DNA of 62,427 nucleotides, the filler included, from Asterionella formosa (taxonomy: Eukaryota), in NCBI GenBank assembly GCA_002256025.1. It is 16 parts of 16 records of this genome, joined end to end, with 100 filler letters (N's around TTAATTAATTAA, not from the genome) between each part and the next. Parts side by side here need not be neighbours in the genome. Positions count along the whole stretch, not along the records: positions 35,559 to 37,539 come from NKIB01000723.1; positions 37,640 to 39,615 come from NKIB01000724.1; positions 39,716 to 41,691 come from NKIB01000725.1; positions 41,792 to 43,767 come from NKIB01000726.1; positions 43,868 to 45,842 come from NKIB01000727.1; positions 45,943 to 47,916 come from NKIB01000729.1; 10 more parts are not named here. One strand, 5' to 3'. Of the stretch, positions 36,201 through 47,070 are shown piece after piece. The notes under the pieces were generated by a model. That model had not been told where the DNA came from. It made no database searches and saw nothing but the letters and a program-made list of their open reading frames with translations. Each line of letters starts with the position of its first letter. The first letter of the stretch is position 1. Made by a program: the position numbers and the translations under genes.

Positions 36201-37754
36201 AAAATGCAAGAAGCACAAATTGAATGACCATTTATGGATTCAAGTTTCAGTAGTGCAACAATGTAAAATATTAGAAACCGGAAGTCACATTTCATCTAAT
36301 TACGGTTTTCATTAGCTATACTATTATTGATTGAGAGGAAGCAATGGTAGAATGGCTGCCAAACAGGCAGGGGCAAACACAGAGAATCCTACTAATTTTC
36401 TTACCAATGATCCCAGTCCTTTCTTGAATGTCACTTGCTACAGAAAATGTAGAACAGCCGCCATGATCTGTTGATTGTTGCTTTATGGTGCCACTGACGA
36501 CCGAGATCTCCAGAAATCTCAATGAGTTGCTTGTTTCTTGACTTGAATGCAAAAGGGATCGAAACCAGTGGAAAAATCAAAAGGGAACTAAAAATGGTGC
36601 TCTGCAAACATCATCAGGACAATTGTGAAAGAGAAATGAAGGTTCTTGGGAGGAGAAGTAAAGGGATACTTGCTTCTGGTCTCCTTGCGGGAACAAGAAT
36701 GGATTGAACCAAATAATGTTGACAAATAGATACCTACCGGAAAAGGAAGCAATGCTTTCAGCATCATCAATCTATACACAAGCCTGCGCCACCTGATGTC
36801 GTCAGTATAGCTACCTCGACCTCATTAATGAAGAAGTCAATGGGTGGAGCATGTAAGGAAAATTGGGGTTGAGGTTTTCTTGACGCCAACGTGGACCTGC
36901 TTGGCTGAACTCCTTGCAGATGAAGGCATTGAGTAACCTGGGCCTGTGAAGCCAATAGATAAAGAAAAACCTATGACAAGGGTGCGTGGTGAGATAGTTT
37001 TTAGGAGGGGGGAGCACAAGATATCATAGCTGAATGCATTCGAAACTTGTATAGACAATAAATGGTGACATGCCATCATGGCTGCTCTTGGCTGACAGCT
37101 GCCTAGTCAAGTACAAACACAACAAGCAAGGGTGCACAAAAGACAGTCCATGACTGGCTGATAATTAGTTGTGAGACTCACCATTCTCCAATGGGATGGA
37201 CTTTGATCATTGCTTTGTTCAAAGCACAATCAATTCGAATGCTGTCCAGTGAGACAGCCATTGAAAACAAATGTGGTGGCGAAAAAAGGCAGAACAGATC
37301 AAGATAATTCATAGGAATTAAAATAACAACAGCAGGGCATATATGATGCACTGGCTCCTTGTGTAGACTAACTATATTTGATCATTTCCATATTTCATAC
37401 TATACAGGTGCAGCATGGATGACTCCTCCCGCCCTTTCATTAGATATGCAGCCATGTTGCGATAATTCTACAGGACCTATAGGATTGGTAGTCTGGTGGT
37501 CATCATTTCCGCATTGTATATACCAGTAGGAGTCATGTANNNNNNNNNNNNNNNNNNNNNNNNNNNNNNNNNNNNNNNNNNNNTTAATTAATTAANNNNN
37601 NNNNNNNNNNNNNNNNNNNNNNNNNNNNNNNNNNNNNNNTATGGATAAGAAAATTGTGATTTCACTCACCATTCATGCACTACATGTATATATATATATA
37701 TTTGTATTCATCCTACTACTTTCATCTAATTCATCCCTATCTTTATTCATGTAG

Positions 37755-38986
37755 TGGTGGAGGAAGAGGATTTTCACCAGGAGGACGAGGAGGAGGAGGT
37801 CGAGGTGGACGGTACGTTGGCATTTCAGAGAACTAGCAGGAACTACTGTCACTGTAATTGTATGCAACAGATTGGAAACACTTACACACACACACTCTGC
37901 TATTGTTGTTCTAGTGGAGGAAGAGATGGGGGACGAGGAGGAGGGCGTGGTGGACGCGATGGAGGACGAGGAGGAGGGCGTGGTGGAGGACGGTACGTTT
38001 GTGTCTCTCCACTGTTTGGATTCAGTCAATACTGTCAAATTCATACTCTCATTCATATAAATATAAATACATTTATATTCAAACAGTGGTGCTGGAGGAC
38101 GTGGGGGTGGCATGAAAGGTGGTGCCAAGGTCATTGTGGAACCACATCGCCATGAAGGAATCTTTGTGGCACGAGGCAAGGAAGATGCTCTCTGTACTCT
38201 GAATATGACTCCTGGACTTGCTGTCTACGGAGAAAAGAGAATTTCTGTCGAAGGACCACCTGGACCAGATGGGATTGCCACCAAAGTGGAATATCGAGTG
38301 TGGAATCCATTCAGATCCAAATGTAAGCGCATGGATGTTGTGTGTTTTGCCTTTGCCATTTTTTTTGCACATTCGAGACACACTCTCACATACTTGGGGT
38401 TTGTTTCAACAACTACAACAACAACATCATCATCATTACAGTGGCTGCTGCAGTCTTGGGTGGTGTTGATAACATTTGGATCAAACCTGGTTCCAAAGTT
38501 TTGTATATTGGTGCCGCTGCCGGAACGTCTGTCTCGCACGTTTCCGACATTGTCGGGCCCACTGGAGCTGTCTACGCTGTCGAATTTTCCCACCGTCCAG
38601 GACGAGATTTGATCAATGTGGCCAAATCACGGACCAATGTTATTCCTATTATAGAAGATGCCCGTCATCCACTCAAATATCGAATGTTGATTGGAATGGT
38701 AGATGTTGTCTTTGCTGATGTCGCACAACCAGATCAAGCACGTATTGTGGCTCTCAACAGTCATTACTTTCTCAAGAACGGAGGGCATTCGGTCATTGCC
38801 ATTAAGGCATCATGCATTGACAGTACAGCAGCACCAGAGGCTGTCTTTAGAAGAGAAGTCAGTAAGTTGCAATCAGAGAATTTCAAGCCATTGGAGCAAT
38901 TGACCTTGGAGCCGTATGAGAGAGATCACGCTGTTGTCATTTCGGAATACAGACCTAAAAAAGGAAAAACAAAAGAGAAGCAGTAA
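37755..38986 (+). CDS. NOP1: Fibrillarin (rRNA 2'-O-methyltransferase), 5'-truncated; exons 37755-37811, 37915-37992, 38087-38322, 38442-38986
   Basis: GAR (RGG) exons, [58 protein letters not shown]; all introns GT-AG. Confidence 0.95.
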
Positions 38987-40746
38987 ATGAAACAACATTA
39001 ATCAAGCCAGAGGTAAAATGGTGACAAATATATACCAGTAGTTTGCTGTCGTTGGGGGAAGAGGTGGTGCATCGATGTGTCAGACAAACAATTTCTTGGT
39101 CAAGCGAGCGTATACTCAGTAGTCTACACGAGCAATTGGAAGGCTAAGAAGTTTAAATATACATGCATGATGGGTATGCTGAAGGAGTCATGTAGTCTAG
39201 TTGCATTGTAGTTACATTATTATACTTGCTTTGTCAATTAATCAAATGCTTGTTTTATCGACGTTTTGTATATCCTAACTTTGGGTACAGGTGTTAACAT
39301 TAATGTGTCGCAAGAGTAGCTCCTTCCTATTCATACTGTGATGAACAGAGCGAAAATTGGTGTCAAAATGATTGCTTGTATATAGTAGCTAAATCTGGTT
39401 GTCAAGCGCTGGATCCAATCGATATGATATTTCCTGGTATGATGACTGTTGAGTCACAACATTTTTCCAGGCAATGGCATAGTACACTTATATAATTACT
39501 TTGCTCAGAATTCAGATCAATTTGGAGCGATGTGACATAAATGTTGTTATGAATTTGCAAGTATACATCAAAGAAAATGATGTAGACTTTTAAAAGTCAA
39601 TGAGACATCAAGTGANNNNNNNNNNNNNNNNNNNNNNNNNNNNNNNNNNNNNNNNNNNNTTAATTAATTAANNNNNNNNNNNNNNNNNNNNNNNNNNNNN
39701 NNNNNNNNNNNNNNNTTTACACCAGTCAAGCTACCAGTACTACCAGGGAGGAGTGAACTCACCCCCACCCAAAAAAGTAGCACCAGGAATGGATCAAAAA
39801 TATCAACAAAGACAACAAACGCAGCAACAACAACAACAACAACAAGCAATGACCAGACCAATAGGATAAAAGTTGCATTTGCGAATTCAAATGCACATAC
39901 AGGTGTGGCAAGAAGTTGAAGCGCAGTCTTTTGCAAGTCGAGACGATTGCGGATGACAACGATATGGAAGAGGACGAAGACTATTAGTCAGTCACTGTGT
40001 GCTGACCTATAGTCCATGTTTGTGGATTCTTCATGGTAGTAGTATATCCAATCAAATACTACCTGTTTTAGTTTAGTAAGAAATAGAGCTAAGGAATCAA
40101 ATAAGTAGTAGTACTTCTACTAGCCACTACTTATATATTGAAATCGTTGATGTTTTGGCAGCAAAGGATATCGCTGCCTTGCCATTCCAATGGTGATGCT
40201 GCCAGTACTCCCAGTAACATTACACATCATATTCTATGATCCGAGCTCAGACCACCAACTATGGGTTGACTGGCAGCGCAGTAGCAACAACCACAAGAAC
40301 CAATACTAAAACACTTTACTTCAATGGATGGCTGTATTGAAGAAAAAATAAATGAAATTAAGAAAGCGAAACTTCCAACGAAAGAACAAAAGCCAGACAC
40401 AAAGGTGGTAAAGGACGCAGTACTGCAGGATGATTGCGGTATTTTTCTTGCATGGAGCTTTCACGGTGGTTCAAGCCCGTATCAGGGGATAGCAAAGTAT
40501 TGGTATCACACAGGGTGTCGCCCTGTGTCATATGATCAGTACATCAGGCACGAAAAACTGCGACGTTCCAAATCTGGAGTAACGAAATCACGACCGAAAC
40601 AAAGCAACCATGGACACGTCTGGTACCAGGTACCAGGTACCAGGTATGTGATTGAGGGTGTGGTACTGGTACCTTGGTACCACCATGATACTACCGGTAC
40701 AAGACATAAGTTTATGTTTGAACCTTGCTCATACGTATACCGTATA

Positions 40747-40828
40747 CTTCATTGTCCTGGACCCCCCAATGTACACTGCTGTGACTGAATTTGATTGATT
40801 TTACTTAAGGGGGCCCAGGACAATGAAG
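40747..40828. repeat. Inverted repeat (~20-bp arms, ~40-nt spacer)
   Basis: cttcattgtcctggaccccc ... gggggcccaggacaatgaag. Confidence 0.85.
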
Positions 40829-41129
40829 AGATTTCCCTTCGAGCATCGCCACCGCATTGACCAAATACCAAAGCCAATTGCAGTTGAAAATATCAATACA
40901 CATCACTTGGTTGAGAAATCTTTTATCAATAGTTGAATTACCTTAAGAGATATGCATAACATTATAATGTATAACATTCTTACATGACCATCACTCTGGT
41001 AAGTACAACACAGTGAACTTCTACATATTGATAGCAAAAAATAAACAACCGGTACTAACACATTCATTCTCATACCAGTTTCCATCTACCGGTATAGGAT
41101 TAGTCATACTCTGTGCTACAGTTACATGC

Positions 41130-41185
41130 CCAGCCCTAGAAGGGCTGGATGCTCTATAGGGATGACGCCTAGAGGCGTCGTCCCT
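41130..41185. repeat. Two adjacent GC-rich hairpins
   Basis: ccagccct-aga-agggctgg and agggatgacgcct-ag-aggcgtcgtccct, followed by ttt and ttaaccctaac. Confidence 0.75.
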
Positions 41186-41482
41186 TTTCCTTAACCCTAA
41201 CAGTTTTGGTGTGTGGTTGTTGACGAATATTCTAATGCATATGGACTGGTATGTATGTACGCGTCTACTGGTATTGTAGTGTTCTCCGGCGTAGCTGTAC
41301 ATTTGTTTGTTAACTATGAGTTGTTTATTTATGTTCATGCTTTTAACTCACCATATTATTATGCATAAAATGAATGTTTTTATGTATATATTCATAGTCA
41401 AAAAGTCACGAAAGTAAACATGAATCCTAATATGGTTATGTCATACATAAATTGTTTAATTCTGTTCATCACACATGTGCCA

Positions 41483-41691
41483 CTATTGGTAGTAGGAGAT
41501 GTTCCCTTTATCTGGGGGAACTGAACCATTGAATGAATTGTTACTCAATCCTAGTATATTGACACTTGTGTTAAGTCCAGGCCATATCTCAGCTGGCACT
41601 GAACCTGTGAATGTATTGTTCTGCAGAGTAATGGCAGTGAGACTTGTCAAGAGTCCAATCTCTGTGGGAAGTGTGCCATTGAAAGAATTGG
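41483..41691 (-). CDS. 3' end of an LRR protein (fragment)
   Basis: NSFNGTLPTEIGLLTSLTAITLQNNTFTGSVPAEIW...LGLSNNSFNGSVP, stop at 41483-41485. Confidence 0.75.
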
Positions 41692-41791
41692 NNNNNNNNN
41701 NNNNNNNNNNNNNNNNNNNNNNNNNNNNNNNNNNNTTAATTAATTAANNNNNNNNNNNNNNNNNNNNNNNNNNNNNNNNNNNNNNNNNNNN

Positions 41792-43767
41792 GGCGTAGTC
41801 ATTCTCTTAACCAAAGCCAAGTCATATTTCTGTACCGTGATTTGGGCTGGGTCAGCATCATCTTCGTCGTCCGTTCCGTTTCCATCTAACTTATCGTCAG
41901 TTGGGCTTCCTGGTACACCACCCGCATCGTTGCCTACCGTCTGATCTGGTCTGCTGTCTATATCTACTAAGGCTAATCCATTGTTGTCTCTATCTGCTGT
42001 GGCACTAATCTCTGCTCTGTTTACCAAAGTGCTGCCTTGCTGACCTGCTGACACTTTCAATACTACTGTAAGGTCTGTGCTTGCTCCTGCTGCCAATGGA
42101 CCTGCTATCGTTTTGGTAGCTTGGTTTGTTCCTACTGCAGTCCAAGTTGCATCGTTCAATGTCATTCCTGTTGGAATGTAATCCGTCACTTGGATTCCTG
42201 TTGCAGGAATTGTTCCTTGGTTGACTACCGTAATCGTAAAGCTTACATTATCACCTTCTTTGATAACTTGTGTCGGCGTAGTCATTCTCTTAACCAAAGC
42301 CAAGTCATATTTCTGTACCGTGATTTGGGCTGGGTCAGCATCATCTTCGTCGTCCGTTCCGTTTCCATCTAACTTATCGTCAGTTGGGCTTCCTGGTACA
42401 CCACCCGCATCGTTGCCTACCGTCTGATCTGGTCTGCTGTCTATATCTACTAAGGCTACTCCATTGTTGTCTCTATCTGCTGTGGCACTGATCTCTGCTC
42501 TGTTTACCAAAGTGCTGCCTTGCTGACCTGCTGACACTTTCAATACTACTGTAAGGTCTGTGCTTGCTCCTGCTGCCAATGGACCTGCTATCGTTTTGGT
42601 AGCTTGGTTTGTTCCTACTGCGGTCCAAGTTGCATCGTTCAATGTCATTCCTGTTGGAATGTAATCCGTCACTTGGATTCCTGTTGCAGGAATTGTTCCT
42701 TGGTTGACTACCGTAATCGTAAAGCTTACATTATCACCTTCTTTGATAACTTGTGTCGGCGTAGTCATTCTCTTAACCAAAGCCAAGTCATATTTCTGTA
42801 CGGTGATTTGAGCTGGGTCAGCATCATCTTCGTCGTCCGTTCCGTTTCCATCTAACTTATCGTCAGTTGGGCTTCCTGGTACACCACCCGCATCGTTGCC
42901 TACCGTCTGATCTGGTCTGCTGTCTATATCTACTAAGGCTACTCCATTGTTGTCTCTATCTGCTGTGGCACTGATCTCTGCTCTGTTTACCAAGTTATTG
43001 CCTTGTTGTGAAGCTCCTACTTTCAATACTATTGTTAGGTCTGTGCTTGCTCCTGCTGCCAATGGACCTGCTATCGTTTTGGTAGCTTGGTTTGTTCCTA
43101 CTGCGGTCCAAGTTGCATCGTTCAATGTCATTCCTGTTGGAATGTAATCCGTCACTTGGATTCCTGTTGCAGGAATTGTTCCTTGGTTGACTACCGTAAT
43201 CGTAAAGCTTACATTATCACCTTCTTTGATAACTTGTGTTGGCGTAGTCATTCTCTTAACCAAAGCCAAGTCATATTTCTGTACGGTGATTTGAGCTGGG
43301 TCAGCATCATCTTCGTCGTCCGTTCCGTTTCCATCTAACTTATCGTCAGTTGGGCTTCCTGGTACACCACCCGCATCGTTGCCTACCGTCTGATCTGGTC
43401 TGCTGTCTATATCTACTAAGGCTACTCCATTGTTGTCTCTATCTGCTGTGGCACTGATCTCTGCTCTGTTTACCAAAGTGCTGCCTTGCTGACCTGCTGA
43501 CACTTTCAATACTACTGTAAGGTCTGTGCTTGCTCCTGCTGCCAATGGACCTGCTATCGTTTTGGTAGCTTGGTTTGTTCCTACTGCGGTCCAAGTTGCA
43601 TCGTTCAATGTCATTCCTGTTGGAATGTAATCCGTCACTTGGATTCCTGTTGCAGGAATTGTTCCTTGGTTGACTACCGTAATCGTAAAGCTTACATTAT
43701 CACCTTCTTTGATAACTTGTGTTGGCGTAGTCATTCTCTTAACCAAAGCCAAGTCATATTTCTGTAC
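41792..43767 (-). CDS. Fragment of a bacterial-type surface protein made of ~4.1 near-identical 161-aa DUF11-like repeats
   Basis: 483-bp tandem units; YDLALVK...GDNVSFTITVVNQG...VTDYIPTG...NRAEIS...DIDSRPD...DEDDADPA; no introns; open at both ends. Confidence 0.85.
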
Positions 43768-43867
43768 NNNNNNNNNNNNNNNNNNNNNNNNNNNNNNNNN
43801 NNNNNNNNNNNTTAATTAATTAANNNNNNNNNNNNNNNNNNNNNNNNNNNNNNNNNNNNNNNNNNNN

Positions 43868-45431
43868 ACCAAATTCATATTATCCACCACGGGGCCATAG
43901 TCGAAATCTGGATCCGACAAGTCATAGATATACATGACAATGACGGCCAAAATAATGCCGGCACTAATCCCTCGATATAGCACCTTGGTAGCGCCTGCAT
44001 GAACTATCTTGTCGACAGCCACTCCGACCATCATAATGCTTGCAACATGCAGCAGAACAAGAGCCAATGAATACTCGCACGTGGCATCTGTGTAATAGGC
44101 ATATTTTTCCACATCATGGTCAATCGTTCCCATGTAACATTCCAGGCCGTGCTTGAAATTTTCGCTGATGCCCGATGATGGATAGAGTGATGCCCAGTTG
44201 CTGTGGGAACCAAGCCCTTGTAGGGAGTAGACCAAGGGAGATATGATCATGACGAATGTAAATTGAAAGACACTCAATATCAAATTCAAGGCATTGGGAT
44301 CCACTGGCTGTTTGTGTTGGAGAAAGACGTGTTCCTTGTATAGCTGCGATATAGCGGCAGGGATTGAGCTAGCAGAAAACAAAATTGTGTTATACGCAGT
44401 TCTCAACGGAATGATTTTATCATCTTCCGAAAAGAAATCCGGCATGATCATTGAAGCAAAGGCAGGGCATAATCCGAGCAGAACTGCCAAGAATATAATG
44501 ACGGATCCGAAAATGTGTGGTCTCGACAAGCCACCGCAACCTCGTATGGGCCTTGCTTCGCCTTGTAATAACCCGTCGTATTCAACGGTTTGACTCGTGG
44601 GGCAACAAGCTACACGGAAAAGACCGCCAGGATGAACAAATTGAGTAAAAAATGCGGTCAAAGGAAGCATGAGTTGAACGCAAAGGACTGTCAGTACAGG
44701 TGGAACTCGGTAACCTGTAATAAATGCGAGCAATAAGTGAATTGTGTCAAGGAGTGCCATTACTAGATTGAATGAAGAATGGATTAGTATCAAAACGCGT
44801 CAAAAAAATTTGAAAGAAAGGTCGGTGACTTACACCCAACATCCACCAGAGGAATACCCAGGGGTTGTTTTATCGACAATTTCCTTCGATACAACGCACT
44901 CATCATCATGCCCAGCCCCAACAAAAGCGCATGAGATAAAGTGAGCACTTCGACGCTAAACAAACGAAATGGCCCTGCTCGATCCACCAATATCTTAAAT
45001 GAAGATCGTTCCACGGCATATGCTAACGCCAATAAAAAGAACCAGAACAAGACCACAAGTGTGTTCCTCGTACTTGGAGCATGGTGAGTAGTATGTTGAT
45101 CTGAATTATGAATAGGAGAATCCCATAAGTTGTCGACATTCGCAATGGTCCAAATGAAATCAGATGTCTTTTGATAGGCTGTAACCACAAACGATCGTGG
45201 TGGTGCATCCTCAATACTGTGGCTGCCATCACCTCCTGTCATCAAACTGGTGTCATCGTACAAACTATCATAGTGCTCATCATCGTCTCCATCATCATTA
45301 TCGTCATCTTCCTGTGTTGCTCCGTAGTCATGAATTTGATGCTGTGTATGCGTTTCCGTTATAGAGGATGTTTCAGCGCTAGAAGGCAAGACGCCCTGTT
45401 CGGCTGCGGCGTCGAGAGCTCGTTGCAGCAT
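43868..45431 (-). CDS. CRT-like (chloroquine resistance transporter family) membrane transporter, 3'-truncated; exons 45431-44834, 44762-43868
   Basis: Phase-1 intron 44833-44763 (GTAAGT...TAG); many TM helices; VPPVLTVLCVQL, SSIPAAISQLYKE, LSVFQF, GLECY; acidic N-terminal tail. Confidence 0.72.
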
Positions 45432-46075
45432 TCTTCTTTAACGACGAATCAAGAAGCCGAGACTAGCTGGGGAGATTTCTGATGGCGATACTTCCGTGTT
45501 TAGGCTGGATTGAATGAAGGAATATATATATATCTCTCTCTCTCTCTTTCTTGGGCTGCTATCGGTAGCCAAATTGGATCAAGAGTATATGTGGGATTAT
45601 TAATGAAGTGGTGGATTTTTGTATCGCCATCAATCGAGAAAAGACAAATAATTTAACGAAAACATGTCTCGAAGCAAGGCCAAAAAAAACCCTATTCCAA
45701 TACCGCCAGTGGTACTCCCAGTACCTAGGGAGTTGCTGTACAAGACGGTTTTTACTATAAGAAAACAGAGCTAAATTGCTAATTTACAGCAACTTGCTCT
45801 GGAAAACCATCATCGCTACGGTAATCAAATAGTACAGGGTACNNNNNNNNNNNNNNNNNNNNNNNNNNNNNNNNNNNNNNNNNNNNTTAATTAATTAANN
45901 NNNNNNNNNNNNNNNNNNNNNNNNNNNNNNNNNNNNNNNNNNTGTTTCGGGCTTACCCTTATCTTCAGATGCTACCTACCGGTACCTAGGACGAAGAGTC
46001 TAGGGTTTGGGTTTGGGTTAGGGGGACGAAACATAGCTAATGGTAATAAATTAGGGGGACAAAATAATATCAATC

Positions 46076-46850
46076 TTAAGGTTCCTGCATTTGAACCCCT
46101 AGCTCGAGGTAGGGTAAAAAAATTGAGTCAGAGTAATCAAACACACACATCGTTGGAGTAAAATATAAATGTACATCGCTAAACGGAGCTTTCACCAATA
46201 TACACCCTTTTCATATGCTTAGATACAGTCATTGAAAAAAGTAGGGGTGCATTAAGGTCAACGCTATATATCGTCAAGATATAGGAACTGGCGAGAAACT
46301 GCAGTAAGGAACTTCTGTTTTTTAACTATGCTGAAAAACAATGGATTTTACCGGGCCAACTCGTTTATTTGGCCTAGTATAAAACGAAGTTCCTTTCTGC
46401 AGTTTCTTGCCGAAAGTTAACTTTTGGGGCTATATGAAGATTACCTATGTACTTAACTCTTCTTCAAACCCTGTTAACGTTGAGCTATCGTTGTCCAAAA
46501 ATTTGACAATATCGGCCTTTCCAACGGTGACCAAAACGTTGGAATCAGAATTACAAATCGCCGAAATATCATCATTGTAATGGTAGTCTTGTGCAAAATT
46601 TTTTACTTAAAATCTGTTGTACAAAAAGTTCCATTGTAGGAACCTGCTGCATTATTCACATATTCTGATGCCCTAAAGTTTAGGGCATTTGGGAAGGAAT
46701 ATATGTACGCACGCGCAAATTTCCACTGATTAAAATATTTCAAACGGAATCATCGATATTCAACTTCGATATTCAAAATTGGCGCATAAAAAGTTCTTAG
46801 TTCCAGGGAATTTCCGCAACCCTAAGCAGGTTCAAATAAAGGAACCTTAA
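46076..46850. mobile_element. ~775-bp non-autonomous TIR element (MITE-like) bounded by TTAA
   Basis: Left TTAAGGTTCCTGCATTTGAACC; right GGTTCAAATAAAGGAACCTTAA (20/22 inverted match); internal IR at 46290-46411; no ORF. Confidence 0.7.
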
Positions 46851-46891
46851 TATGAACTGCATATAACATTCATATACCGCTATCATTATCA

Positions 46892-47070
46892 TTAAGGTTG
46901 CTGCATTTGAAACCCTACTAGGCAAAAATGAAAATATTGCTTAGGGTTGCCAAAATTCCCTGGAATTAAGAATTTTATTAGCTATTTATGAATGACGTGA
47001 TTCCATTTGAAATAATTAAATCAGTGGAAATTTGCGCGTACGTACATAGATTCCTTTTCGAATTCGCTAA
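46892..47070. mobile_element. Second, inverted partial copy of the same element end
   Basis: ttaaggttgctgcatttgaaacc...cttagggttgccaaaattccctggaattaagaa...tcagtggaaatttgcgcgtacgtacat is the diverged reverse complement of ~46680-46850. Confidence 0.7.

Noticed and set aside
39335..39520. Box C/D snoRNAs downstream of fibrillarin (RTGATGA motifs)
   Set aside because: No suitably placed CTGA box D or terminal stem seen.
40324..40788. 154-aa ORF
   Set aside because: Runs through TACCAGG arrays and an inverted repeat; no protein motif.
42121..43815. Repeated 83-aa plus-strand ORFs
   Set aside because: Antisense shadows of the DUF11 repeats.
46000..46025. tagggtttgggtttgggttaggg as a telomere
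   Set aside because: Short, degenerate and internal; at most a TE-associated or G4-like motif.
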